Part shown: piece after piece, positions 30,816-40,831 of the stretch
Layout of the letters: each line of letters begins with the position of its first letter
Position numbering within the stretch: the stretch's first letter is position 1
Assembly (NCBI GenBank): GCA_050298055.1
Contig: JBNKTL010000002.1
Location: forward strand, 115,940 to 179,939
Direction of reading: 5' to 3'
DNA: 64,000 nucleotides
DNA from: Spirochaetota bacterium
GTDB taxonomy: Bacteria > Spirochaetota > UBA4802 > UBA5550
Program-made: the position numbers and the translations under genes
Notes under the pieces: generated by a model
Databases searched by the model: none
Seen by the model: the letters and a program-made list of their open reading frames with translations, nothing else
Told to the model about the DNA's origin: nothing

Positions 30816-31237
30816 TGGGCCATAGAAGGAAAGCAAGAGAGTATGCCCTGCAGGGACTCTACACATTTGAAGTCAGCAATACACCGGTTTCTGATCTGAC
30901 AGAACTCAACTGGGTCGACGATGATATACCCGATGATATCAGGTCCTTTGCTGTTTCCCTGATTACGTTAACAGTTGAAAATATCTCTGAGATAGATACA
31001 ATTATAAAAAATCACTCAAAGAACTGGAAGTTTGAACGGTTAAGTTACGTAGATAAATCAATACTCAGGCTCTCAATCTGTGAGTTGATGTATATGGATG
31101 ATATTCCCAGTGCTGTTACAATCAATGAAGGAATTGAACTGGGCAAGATCTATGGCGGAGAGAACTCCGGGCAGTTTATCAACGGCATCCTCGATGCTGT
31201 GAACAGGGACGAGGCTTCCGGGAAAAATGCAGTTTAA
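30815..31237 (+). CDS. nusB: Transcription antitermination factor NusB
   Basis: RRKAREYALQGLY...DKSILRL...FINGILD; follows ribH. Confidence 0.97.
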   Translation: MGHRRKAREYALQGLYTFEVSNTPVSDLTELNWVDDDIPDDIRSFAVSLITLTVENISEIDTIIKNHSKNWKFERLSYVDKSILRLSICELMYMDDIPSAVTINEGIELGKIYGGENSGQFINGILDAVNRDEASGKNAV

Positions 31238-31263
31238 AAACAATTGATTTCCAGGAGAAGAGA

Positions 31264-33309
31264 GTGAAATTCGGATCGAAGAAAGAAAGAGAAAGACCGC
31301 TTCCCGTTGATGATGAAGAAGTCCTTCGGAAAAACAGGATACAGGGTATCGAGTCACTGGAACAAAAAGGATCGGGGATAAAAAAGCCCATTATCATCCT
31401 CTCCTCACTCGTTGCGCTAACAGTCATTACAATACTCATCCTGATAAATTTCTTTTATAAAAAACCGGAAGGATTCAGCCCGAAAAAAACTGACAAGGCA
31501 GATGAGAAGATTACATTTGACGCCGCCAGGACCAACATTCCCCCCGAAACAGAAAACGAGCAGATAAAAAAGGGAATTGAAAGCTATTCAAAGGGTTATC
31601 TCACCGATGCAGTTTCGGAATTCAATGAGGTTGTGGAGTCCGATGCAAACGATAAAGACAAGGCAACAGCTCTCACCTACCTGGGAATGATAGCTGACGG
31701 CAAAGGGGAGTATGATAAAGCCATTGAATTCTTTAACAGGGCAAAGGTCTATAACAAGACCCATCCGGCAATCTACATGAACATGGCAATTGCCCACCGG
31801 CATAAAAAGGAATTTGCAAAAGCCCTTAAGAATGCCGAGAAATCCCTTTCTCTTAAACCGGGTGATATCAATACGATGCTTCTGCTGGGAAACATCTACT
31901 TTGAGCTGGGAAAGTATAAGGATGCCGCCAGGGTTTACTCTGATGCCCTGAAGCTCTCTCCCGAAAATCCTTCCCTTCTTTTTAATATGGGTGCATCCAT
32001 GGCAAAGACCGGTGATGAATTTGCCGCTGCGGAGTACTTCAAGAAAGCCGGTTTATCCGACAGTTCCGGGGAGATCGCATACAGGGCCTATTCACGGCTC
32101 GGGATAATCTATACAGAAAGAAACCAGTATGACCAGGCTGTTGATTACCTGAAAAAAGCATCCGCCCTCAGACCGGGTGACCCGGTAAGCAGATACAACC
32201 TGGGAATTGCCTACCTGAAACAGAACAGGAAGAACGAAGCCCTTGCCGAGCTTGAAAAGGCCGAAGAGCTTGGAAGCAAAGACAGTGAAATGGTTGAAAA
32301 GATCGGCGAGGCATATTTCTCACTCAACGATTATGACAGGAGCCTCAAAACATACAACTCTCTCCTGAAAACAAGAAAAAGGAATGTAAAAATACTGTCA
32401 AGGATTGGCGAACTCTACTATAAAAAAGGTGAATTGGACAGAGCCTACAATATTTATCGGAAGATAACAGAGTTCGAACCTGCAACAGAGAATGCCAGGA
32501 TGGCGTACCTCAACATGGGGAACATTATGGATGATGCCGCCAGGTATGAGGACGCAATAAAAGCATATGAAAAAGCCATGACAATAAGCCCCAGGGACGC
32601 GTCCGCGCATTACAACCTCGGGATTGCCTACAAACACGCAGGGAAACCTGAACGCGCCATAAGGTCTTGGCAGGAATCCGCACGGCTTAATACGAAGTCA
32701 CCGGCTCCTCATATTGCCATTGCCGATTACTACTATGAAAAAAAATTCTACGATCTAGCAGAAAAAGAGTTCCAGACCGTACTCAGCAGGTGGCCTGAAA
32801 ACCAGGACGCACATTTCAAGATCGCCACAATCTATTATAAGAGAAACAATCCCGAATACGCGCTCAATGCCTTCAGGAAAGTAACGGAGCTTGATGAGAA
32901 CAGCGAACTTGCCAGAAAGGCCATGATAAACATCGCAATTATATCATCGAGCCTGAAAAACGACGAGGAGACCCTGGAGAAATCGGTACGGCTTGTCCAG
33001 AAGGCACTCCTGATGAAACCCGCAGACCCGCAGGCGCTTTTGTCCCTGGGTATCATCTTTTCACGGAAGGAGATGTATGACAGGGCCATAGACACATTCT
33101 ACCAGGCATTGCGAAACACAAATGACAGCAGGCTTACAGGGGAGATCTACAACAATATTGGCAAAAACTACTTCAAAAAAAAGCTCTACAGAAAGTCGCT
33201 TCAGGCATTCACAAGAGGCCTTGAGGAAGATCCCACCAGCGAAGAGATCAGGATGAACAGAAAAGCCGCCATGCAGGCATATGAGACCGAGCTCTCCAAA
33301 GAGAGATGA
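31264..33309 (+). CDS. Membrane-anchored multi-TPR protein
   Basis: One TM helix followed by many TPR repeats (YNLGIAY, LGNIYFELG, YLNMGNI). Confidence 0.9.
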   Translation: MKFGSKKERERPLPVDDEEVLRKNRIQGIESLEQKGSGIKKPIIILSSLVALTVITILILINFFYKKPEGFSPKKTDKADEKITFDAARTNIPPETENEQIKKGIESYSKGYLTDAVSEFNEVVESDANDKDKATALTYLGMIADGKGEYDKAIEFFNRAKVYNKTHPAIYMNMAIAHRHKKEFAKALKNAEKSLSLKPGDINTMLLLGNIYFELGKYKDAARVYSDALKLSPENPSLLFNMGASMAKTGDEFAAAEYFKKAGLSDSSGEIAYRAYSRLGIIYTERNQYDQAVDYLKKASALRPGDPVSRYNLGIAYLKQNRKNEALAELEKAEELGSKDSEMVEKIGEAYFSLNDYDRSLKTYNSLLKTRKRNVKILSRIGELYYKKGELDRAYNIYRKITEFEPATENARMAYLNMGNIMDDAARYEDAIKAYEKAMTISPRDASAHYNLGIAYKHAGKPERAIRSWQESARLNTKSPAPHIAIADYYYEKKFYDLAEKEFQTVLSRWPENQDAHFKIATIYYKRNNPEYALNAFRKVTELDENSELARKAMINIAIISSSLKNDEETLEKSVRLVQKALLMKPADPQALLSLGIIFSRKEMYDRAIDTFYQALRNTNDSRLTGEIYNNIGKNYFKKKLYRKSLQAFTRGLEEDPTSEEIRMNRKAAMQAYETELSKER

Positions 33310-33345
33310 TACGGGTCGTACAACGGGAATGCCGGTTAACGGGAA

Positions 33346-34485
33346 ATGAAAAAAATCCACAATCAGAATAAGCTTAACCTTGCTCCCTGGGCAGCCTCAG
33401 ATGAGCACTCCCGGGGAAGAAAATTTACTGAAGATTCCCACCCCTATAGAGGTGAATATCAACGGGACAGGGAAAGAATAATACACTCCAGGGCTTTCAG
33501 GCGCCTGGAATACAAGACACAGGTTTTTATAAACCACGAGGGAGACCACTACAGGACCCGGCTCACCCATACAATTGAGGTTTCCCAGATTGCCCGAACA
33601 ATTGCCCGGGCGCTCTCTCTCAATGAAGACCTCGCGGAGAGCATTGCCCTCGCTCATGACCTGGGACATACTCCCTTCGGACATGCGGGAGAAAGGGAAC
33701 TTAACGAACAGCTTTCCGGGAAGGGCGGATTTGAACATAACCGGCAGAGTCTTCGGATAGTAGAAGTCCTGGAGAAGAGTTATAGCCGGTATGACGGTTT
33801 GAACCTCACCTGGGAGACCAGGGAGGGAATAATCAAGCACTCGTCAGACTATGATAATCCGGATATTTCCAGCTACCATCCCGAGGAACAACCTGCCCTG
33901 GAAGCCCAGATCATTGACCTGGCAGATGAAATTGCATACAACAATCACGATCTTGATGACGGAATGACGTCCGGAATCCTTGTTTCCGGGGAAGTGGAAA
34001 AACTTGAAATATGGCAAATTGCATCATCTCTGAACAGAGGAAGTCTTCCCGAAAAGAAGATCTTACAGCAGAGAGAGATTATCAGGACAATCATCAACAT
34101 GCTCGTTACCGACCTTATTAATTTCACAAGCGCAAACATTACAGAGCACTCAATAATATCGTATGATGACATTAGAAAAGCAGGGGAACGAATAGCCGGA
34201 TTCAGCAGTTCCATAAAAAACGCAAATCGGGAGCTGAAGGAGTTCCTCCGGGAGAGATTGTACCGGCATTACAGGGTTGCCAGAATGACAATAAAGGCAC
34301 GGAAGGTTGTCCGGGAACTCTTTGAGATATATACGGAACACCCGGATACCCTGCCTGCAGATTACCAGGAAAGGATTCCCGGAGACGGTATACACCTTAC
34401 TGCCACCGATTATATTGCAGGCATGACAGACAGGTTTGCGCTGCAGGAGCACAAAAAACTTACAGATCCATCCATAAGGGTTTAA
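33346..34485 (+). CDS. dgt: dGTP triphosphohydrolase-like HD protein
   Basis: RAFRRLEYKTQVF, RTRLTHT, LAHDLGHTPFGHAGE, DYIAGMTD. Confidence 0.95.
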   Translation: MKKIHNQNKLNLAPWAASDEHSRGRKFTEDSHPYRGEYQRDRERIIHSRAFRRLEYKTQVFINHEGDHYRTRLTHTIEVSQIARTIARALSLNEDLAESIALAHDLGHTPFGHAGERELNEQLSGKGGFEHNRQSLRIVEVLEKSYSRYDGLNLTWETREGIIKHSSDYDNPDISSYHPEEQPALEAQIIDLADEIAYNNHDLDDGMTSGILVSGEVEKLEIWQIASSLNRGSLPEKKILQQREIIRTIINMLVTDLINFTSANITEHSIISYDDIRKAGERIAGFSSSIKNANRELKEFLRERLYRHYRVARMTIKARKVVRELFEIYTEHPDTLPADYQERIPGDGIHLTATDYIAGMTDRFALQEHKKLTDPSIRV

Positions 34486-34487
34486 AA

Positions 34488-35735
34488 ATGAAGATGAAAA
34501 AATACGTTTACTCAGTGCTGGGCCTCTCTCTCGCAGGAGCGGCAATATCAGGGATACTGCTGATCCAGCACTACTTTCCCGAAGCTGATCTGGGGATATT
34601 CTCATGTACTCTCGATGCAGATAATCCCTGCGCTGCAGTGAGCATGCCGGAATACTCTACACTGCTGGGTCTTCCCATCGCTTCATACGGAATACTCTCT
34701 TACCTCATCTATGCTTTTACAGTTCTTCTGGCAGATTACGCCGAAGGAAAATATTTCGGGAGGGCAATTGCAATTCTCTTTCCCCTGACAGTCATCTCAC
34801 TGATGGTTGACCTGGTCTTAATACTGATTCTGATAATAATAAACAAGTTCTGTTTTTTATGCTTCATAACCTATATTATTAATTCATTCCTGGTTATTAC
34901 GATGATTTTATGGTACAGGGAATATGTACTGGCAAACGACCTTAATCCATCAAGTATCTATACAGACTTCATGGATGCCGGCGATCAACATGATATAAAA
35001 GCCGCATTCTCTTCTTACATGCTCTTCATTTTCTTCATCTCATTTGCCGTTTTCTCAACAACCCATATATTAAAAAACAGGGCCGGAATATCGTACATAA
35101 AACAGTCCGCATTACAGAGTTTTATAAATGAATATGCCTCTACTTCCGCAGAAAAAATTGTTTTCCCCGAAACAGACATGGTAATCGGGGATAAAAATGC
35201 CGTGCTGACAATCAGGATATTTTCGGACTTCCTCTGCAGTGCGTGCTACGGATTATATAAAACAGAAAACTATCTGCTCACAAGGTTCAGGGGCAGAATA
35301 AAATTTGCATTTTACAACTTTCCTCTGGATATGAAATGTAACAGTAATATGGATAATACCGTTTACAGGAACTCATGCCTCGCAGCAGCATCAATGGTAG
35401 CTGCAGCTGAAAAAGGAATATTCACTGCCTATCACAGGCTTCACTTTAACCATTACCTGAACTACAGGAAAGGATATACATCAGAGAACGCACTGGAAAA
35501 CCTCGATATTCTTAACTCCGGCAAAAAGGGATCAAACATAAAGAGCGGAGATTTTCAACAGGCGATGAAGTCTTCGAAAACTGCTGCAATAATAAAAAAT
35601 CATACTCGCCTGGCAAAAGATGTCAAGATTAAGGCCACGCCAACTCTCTTTATCAACGGAAAAAGACTTGTTGGCGTACCCCCGAGAGAACTCCTGGAAG
35701 CAGCCATCCTTCATGAGTTAAACAGGATAAAATGA
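34488..35735 (+). CDS. VKOR-DsbA/thioredoxin fusion
   Basis: VKOR loop cysteines (CTLDADNPC) and CFLC; C-terminal FSDFLCSAC, a second Cys pair, and ATPTLFING. Confidence 0.88.
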   Translation: MKMKKYVYSVLGLSLAGAAISGILLIQHYFPEADLGIFSCTLDADNPCAAVSMPEYSTLLGLPIASYGILSYLIYAFTVLLADYAEGKYFGRAIAILFPLTVISLMVDLVLILILIIINKFCFLCFITYIINSFLVITMILWYREYVLANDLNPSSIYTDFMDAGDQHDIKAAFSSYMLFIFFISFAVFSTTHILKNRAGISYIKQSALQSFINEYASTSAEKIVFPETDMVIGDKNAVLTIRIFSDFLCSACYGLYKTENYLLTRFRGRIKFAFYNFPLDMKCNSNMDNTVYRNSCLAAASMVAAAEKGIFTAYHRLHFNHYLNYRKGYTSENALENLDILNSGKKGSNIKSGDFQQAMKSSKTAAIIKNHTRLAKDVKIKATPTLFINGKRLVGVPPRELLEAAILHELNRIK

Positions 35736-36704
35736 TCAGAACTTGATATGGAGGTTCGGCCTGACCAGCAGCTGCCACTGGTCATCAACCTCTCTTTCCA
35801 GAGAACCGGAATATCCGCTTGCCTTGGTCTTTAATGCTCCTACACCCACAGATAATGTTACATTTTCCCCAAGGACAAACTTCTTCCCGAAGAGGAAAAA
35901 ATATCTGACAGTTTTTCCCTTCTGGACCCTTTTAAGATCAAAATCCACTCTTGTTTCCAATTCGCTGTTATGGAAGAGGAACTTCCAGAGAAAGTTTATA
36001 TCATGGTCAACATAGTCAATCCTGGTCCTCTTAAAGGAAATATAAAGCTTATCCCTGATCTCATCATTGTTATGCCCCTTGTACCCCAGCGCATAACTCC
36101 ACGACAGGTCCCTCCTCTTCCTGATGTCTTTACCCTTGAGCTTAAGCTCAACTTCATACCAGTTATCTTTCACCATAATGTTATCCACAATATGCCTGTT
36201 CCCATAGCTGAACAGTAAACCACTGTAACCTTTGCCCGAGATCTTCTCCTCCCCCTCCTTAACATAATCTACAACATTTCCCCAGAAAAAAGAAACTGCC
36301 CAGGGTTCGGGAAAACCGGCAGAAATTGCCTTAACCGCATTTATATTCTCCGTCAGCTGACTGTCCCTGTAAAATTTCTCCTCGTTTTTCCTTATATAAA
36401 CACCGGCAATGGGAAAAGGATACACACTGGCCTCAAAAAGAAGATACCGGGGAAGATAAATTTTTCTTAACAGGTAGAAGTATACATATCTCTCCTTTGA
36501 ATATGATTCCTTGGGTATCGGATCTTTTGTCAGGGAATAAACATATGCTACGTTTGAATAGTATGGATCCAGTTCCATAGAGGCCTGGTGTCTCCCGTCA
36601 TCATCCATCTGGAAAGTTTTTTCCCAGGCAGGCAAACTGTTTTCAGCGATAATGAGGAATGCGATTATTGTAATAGTTCGGATGAGAAACCTGTTTGAAA
36701 GCAT
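35736..36704 (-). CDS. Exported hypothetical protein, possible beta-barrel
   Basis: Signal peptide, aromatic-rich amphipathic strands, C-terminal Phe (RPNLHIKF). Confidence 0.65.
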   Translation of the reverse strand: MLSNRFLIRTITIIAFLIIAENSLPAWEKTFQMDDDGRHQASMELDPYYSNVAYVYSLTKDPIPKESYSKERYVYFYLLRKIYLPRYLLFEASVYPFPIAGVYIRKNEEKFYRDSQLTENINAVKAISAGFPEPWAVSFFWGNVVDYVKEGEEKISGKGYSGLLFSYGNRHIVDNIMVKDNWYEVELKLKGKDIRKRRDLSWSYALGYKGHNNDEIRDKLYISFKRTRIDYVDHDINFLWKFLFHNSELETRVDFDLKRVQKGKTVRYFFLFGKKFVLGENVTLSVGVGALKTKASGYSGSLEREVDDQWQLLVRPNLHIKF

Positions 36705-36952
36705 AATCTTATTATTTCTTTTTCAGAGTTATATAAAAATATGCATATAAAACAATGTGTCAAGCATTAAAAATATCCCTGAAATTATTCCTCTTAATAA
36801 TAAGTGATAATTTTACTCAATTCATATGATCATTTCAAGAAATATCTTTTCCCGAATCGGATAGAGTGGTCCTCATTTTTCACCGAAGATATAAACCATT
36901 TCAATGGATTAATATTTGACAGTCTCGCATTAATATGAATGAAATTATCATT

Positions 36953-37049
36953 GCAACTACTTAGCTATATGAATAAAATTACACGGGGGAACATACCAGC
37001 TGTGTTTTTTTGCAAATATGATTATTCTGATATATAGCTGAGTAGTAAC
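36953..37049 (+). repeat. Dispersed TIR element copy with both ends
   Basis: GCAACTACTTAGCTATAT (36953-36970) / ATATAGCTGAGTAGTAAC (37032-37049), an imperfect 18-bp IR. Confidence 0.75.
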
Positions 37050-37112
37050 TTGTTATTTAATAATGTTAAAGGAATTTTTAACAGGATCTATAACTTCAGC
37101 AGGAGCAGAGCC

Positions 37113-37922
37113 ATGAAACTTCCAATATCACTTTTACTTTTCCTGACCCTTGTATCACCCCTTCCGGCGCTGGATACCAAAACACTCTCCGAAGGAGCAG
37201 GCAGGTATATATGCGAAACAGCAAAGAACAAAAATAAAAAAATCATCGCTGTTTTTCCCTTTACTGACATGGAAGAGAAGGAAAATCCGGATACCCGAAA
37301 GGCCACAACACTGGTAATAATAAGCATCGGCACATGCCATATAAAGGTTGTGGACAAAAGCAAACTGAGCAAAATTATCAATGAGCAGTCATTGACACAG
37401 CTGGGACTCGTTGATGATGAATCTGCCCCTGAAACGGGAAAAATCCTCGGAGCAGATACCCTGATCTTCGGCAACCTGGACAGCAGGTCTCTCCAGATCA
37501 GAATTATTGATGCTACAACGGGAGAGATCCTGGGAGCCTCACACCTTGAAGGCAAAGGCGGAAAAAGCGGAGAAGCAAAACTCGAAATCAAAAGGGAAGA
37601 CCCGGAAAAATCAAGGGAAAATTTCAGGGCCAGAAGGCTCAGGGAATGGGTAAAACGGGTGAGAAGAAATAAACCGGGACTGTTCCTCTATGTAACATTG
37701 AATAATAATGAATGGGAAAATTTCAGAAAAAGAAATCCGGTAAGAGCAGAAAGGATTACAGGTAAAACCGAAAGCGTCTCCCGGGAGATAAAGGAAAGGC
37801 TTGCAAAGATCAAAAATAATATTGCCCTGCTCAGGGCAAAAGACCCCGGGTTCGATAGAATAATACGAAAAACACAGGAGAAAATACTCCGAAGAAGAGG
37901 CCCGGGGAGAGGGAGAAGGTAG
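37113..37922 (+). CDS. Exported protein with a CsgG/FlgO-like domain and a basic helical C-terminus
   Basis: AGGAG SD and ATG at 37113; IAVFPF...VVDKSKLSKIINEQSL...GKILGADTLIFG...IRIIDATTGEIL. Confidence 0.7.
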   Translation: MKLPISLLLFLTLVSPLPALDTKTLSEGAGRYICETAKNKNKKIIAVFPFTDMEEKENPDTRKATTLVIISIGTCHIKVVDKSKLSKIINEQSLTQLGLVDDESAPETGKILGADTLIFGNLDSRSLQIRIIDATTGEILGASHLEGKGGKSGEAKLEIKREDPEKSRENFRARRLREWVKRVRRNKPGLFLYVTLNNNEWENFRKRNPVRAERITGKTESVSREIKERLAKIKNNIALLRAKDPGFDRIIRKTQEKILRRRGPGRGRR

Positions 37923-37937
37923 AGAGCAATTACAGCA

Positions 37938-37969
37938 AATATATCCCGGCCTCCGGACCGGGATATATT
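37938..37969. terminator. Hairpin between convergent genes
   Basis: AATATATCCCGG / CCGGGATATATT perfect 12-bp IR. Confidence 0.6.
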
Positions 37970-37980
37970 AATATTAAGGA

Positions 37981-38523
37981 TTATTCCCTGCTTTCAAACT
38001 TCAGTGATAATGAGTTAATGCAGTACCTGAGGCCCGTAGGGGGAGGACCGTCATTAAAAACATGCCCCAGGTGTCCGTCACAGACTGAACAGAGGAGCTC
38101 CTTTCTCTTCATGAAAAGAGAAAAGTCATCTTTTTCCCTGATGTTCCGTTTATCAACAGGCCGGATAAAGCTGGGCCACCCGGTCCCTGAATCATACTTG
38201 TCCTTTGAAAGAAAAAGCTCATTACCGCATGCTCTACACCTGTAAACCCCTTTTTTGTAAAACCTGTAATATTTTCCGGTAAAGGGCCTCTCAGTTCCTT
38301 TTTTTCTGATAATGGAGTACTCGGCATCTGAGAGTTCCTTTTTCCATTCCGCATCGGACTTTACTCTTTTCAGCCTGCTGATGACTTTTCCTTTCTCAAC
38401 CACCTCTACTTCACCAGCCTCACCGGCAACTGATTCTTTATTCATCGTTATATCCCATAATTTAAATGTAAACAAACCGCCTATTACAGCTCCCAGATAT
38501 TTCAAAAAACCCCGCCTTTCCAT
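37981..38523 (-). CDS. msrB: Peptide-methionine (R)-S-oxide reductase with a Tat-like signal
   Basis: [16 protein letters not shown] zinc pairs, [25 protein letters not shown]-terminal ERRGFLK. Confidence 0.95.
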   Translation of the reverse strand: MERRGFLKYLGAVIGGLFTFKLWDITMNKESVAGEAGEVEVVEKGKVISRLKRVKSDAEWKKELSDAEYSIIRKKGTERPFTGKYYRFYKKGVYRCRACGNELFLSKDKYDSGTGWPSFIRPVDKRNIREKDDFSLFMKRKELLCSVCDGHLGHVFNDGPPPTGLRYCINSLSLKFESRE

Positions 38524-38694
38524 AAGAGTTCTCCCTGAATGACACATTTCCCGATACTACAATTGTTAGGAATGCATACCTGGGTCATGTTACAGACTTA
38601 TAAAGATGAGAGGAGGATATGTTAAGAGTTGACAAAATAACTCCCCCTTTCATCATATTAATCATAATTTAATAATTACATTACATGGTAAACA

Positions 38695-39465
38695 ATGAAA
38701 ATATATTCATGGAACGTTAACGGCATAAGGGCCGTACAGAAAAAAGGATTTGTTGACTGGGTCCTTAAAGAGAAACCTGACATTCTCTGCCTGCAGGAAA
38801 CAAAGGCAAACAGTGAACAGCTTGATGAAGAAATTTTGAATATCAATGGATATACTTCGCACTTTCACTCCGCTGAGAAAAAGGGCTACAGCGGAGTTGC
38901 CGTCTATACCCGGGCGGAACCTGTATCTTATTCTCACGGGATAGGGATTGGAAAATATGATGCGGAAGGCCGTGTACAGGTTCTTGATTACGGAGATTTT
39001 ATGTTGATTAACGCCTACTTTCCCAACGGGCAGATGAGCGATGAGAGGCTGCAGTACAAGCTTGACTTTAACGAGGCAATGCTTGAACTCTGCAACAGCC
39101 TGGTTAAGAAAAAGAAGAATGTCATTCTCTGCGGTGATTATAACACCGCCCATAACGAAATTGACCTGAAACACCCCAAGGCAAACGAGACGAGATCGGG
39201 TTTTCTTCCCATAGAGAGGGAATGGATAGACCGGTATATTGCAAACGGGTACATCGACACCTTCAGGGAACTCTATCCCGATACGGTCAAATACTCCTGG
39301 TGGAGTTACCGGATGAACGCCCGGAAGAGCAACGCGGGCTGGCGTATCGACTACTTTTTTGTCTCAAAGGACTTCATGAAAAATGTCAAGGATGCGCTGA
39401 TACTCAATGAAGTTATGGGGTCGGACCACTGCCCCGTGGTGCTGGAGATAAGGGAAACTCTGTGA
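38695..39465 (+). CDS. xth: Exodeoxyribonuclease III / AP endonuclease
   Basis: SWNVNGIRA, LQETK, GDYNTAH, GWRIDYF, GSDHCPV. Confidence 0.97.
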   Translation: MKIYSWNVNGIRAVQKKGFVDWVLKEKPDILCLQETKANSEQLDEEILNINGYTSHFHSAEKKGYSGVAVYTRAEPVSYSHGIGIGKYDAEGRVQVLDYGDFMLINAYFPNGQMSDERLQYKLDFNEAMLELCNSLVKKKKNVILCGDYNTAHNEIDLKHPKANETRSGFLPIEREWIDRYIANGYIDTFRELYPDTVKYSWWSYRMNARKSNAGWRIDYFFVSKDFMKNVKDALILNEVMGSDHCPVVLEIRETL

Positions 39466-39675
39466 CTTAGTCCTGTGAGAGAGGAAAAGAGAGTCAACTA
39501 AACGTTACTATTAAAAAAATTGGTGTCAGGGAATATAAATATCTTGCCGCCGATTATTACTCTTATACTGTTATTATACTGAAAAATTTACAATGTAATC
39601 TACATTAATTCTCCACTGACATCGAATGTCTGGGCTGCATGATATACAATGAAGAAAAGATTACGATGAAATAAA

Positions 39676-39975
39676 TTATTTTAATAATCTTCTGTTAGAA
39701 TCAGCTTTTCTTCTTTCACCGGTTCTCTTCTCATTCAAGTATTTCAGTTCATCAAAAACGGCATTTATTCTTTTCTCCCTGTCGGGATTTCTCCTATCAC
39801 CAACTCGCCTGTCTTTATTTTCCTGAGTTTCTTTTTTCATTAAGTATACCATAGAGATAAAAACTACTATGAGAAAAATTATTACGACACATCCAATTAT
39901 TACCATAAATGCACTATCCCGATCAAATTCTTTTTTTAAAATATAATGTGATGAATCTTTTTTAGATATGATCAA
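39676..39975 (-). CDS. Small single-TM protein with (D/E)RR repeats
   Basis: Hydrophobic helix followed by DRRVGDRRNPDREKR...EKRTGERRKADSNRR; start codon uncertain. Confidence 0.6.
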   Translation of the reverse strand: MIISKKDSSHYILKKEFDRDSAFMVIIGCVVIIFLIVVFISMVYLMKKETQENKDRRVGDRRNPDREKRINAVFDELKYLNEKRTGERRKADSNRRLLK

Positions 39976-40209
39976 TAATCATTTATATTTTTTAACTTTA
40001 ATATATAGAAAATTTAATAAAGTGACAAGACATAATTCAAAAAATATTTTCATTATTCTATGGGATAGAGGACAGGGGGAAAGATAAATGAGATACTGGA
40101 AAGATCATCTCCGTAAAGGGGGCCCATAACGACCACATCCAGTTCCCAGAAAGGGTTACGGAAATTATCATGAACAGAAACAGTATACATGAATCTGTAA
40201 AAAACAACT

Positions 40210-40311
40210 TAACTACTCAGCTCTGTATAAGGATAATCACATATTCATTAAAAAAAAACTGATATTTCAGCTAAAACATGTTAATTATTAACTCTTTAGC
40301 TGAGTAGTTAC
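40210..40311 (-). repeat. Dispersed TIR element copy with both ends (internal hairpin absent)
   Basis: Perfect 13-bp IR TAACTACTCAGCT (40210-40222) / AGCTGAGTAGTTA (40298-40310); the reverse complement aligns with the 3' halves of the 36953 and 60093 copies. Confidence 0.8.
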
Positions 40312-40361
40312 AAAATAACATCATAGTTAACAGCTTATTACCGAAAAAGCTGTGAGGAAAA

Positions 40362-40634
40362 CTACTTTTTGTTTACATGGATAACACAAATATATTTTGT
40401 TTTTCCTTCTTCCTGCCTGGTTTTGCATTTTTCAGCATTATAGATGACAAATTCACCAAAAGTCTCTTTTGCAATATTTTCAGCAGAAATCATTGCCTCT
40501 TTTTCATTTGCACCAACTCCCTGTATTGTGGCGTCCGTGTTATTCTTTTTTAAGACCCTGCTTGTTGTAACACCGCCGCAGGATAGGGCCAATACGAATA
40601 AGGTGAAAAGTAAATTTTTGAAAATTTTTTTCAT
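40362..40634 (-). CDS. Small lipoprotein
   Basis: AGGAG SD, MKK signal peptide with lipobox ALSC, two further Cys residues. Confidence 0.75.
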   Translation of the reverse strand: MKKIFKNLLFTLFVLALSCGGVTTSRVLKKNNTDATIQGVGANEKEAMISAENIAKETFGEFVIYNAEKCKTRQEEGKTKYICVIHVNKK

Positions 40635-40831
40635 TTGATGATCTCCTGAATTTTTTTACTGACAGACTGTATATAATATGTAACACGCATAACAGATATA
40701 AGTGGAATGTCAACAATTTTCCCACATCGTTTAACGCATTTCAATTATGATTATGACAGTGATAGATTCCAAGAAATGAAAAATCTACTGAAGAGGTGCT
40801 GCTTCCCCTAAAAAAGGCCCGGAGTAAACCT

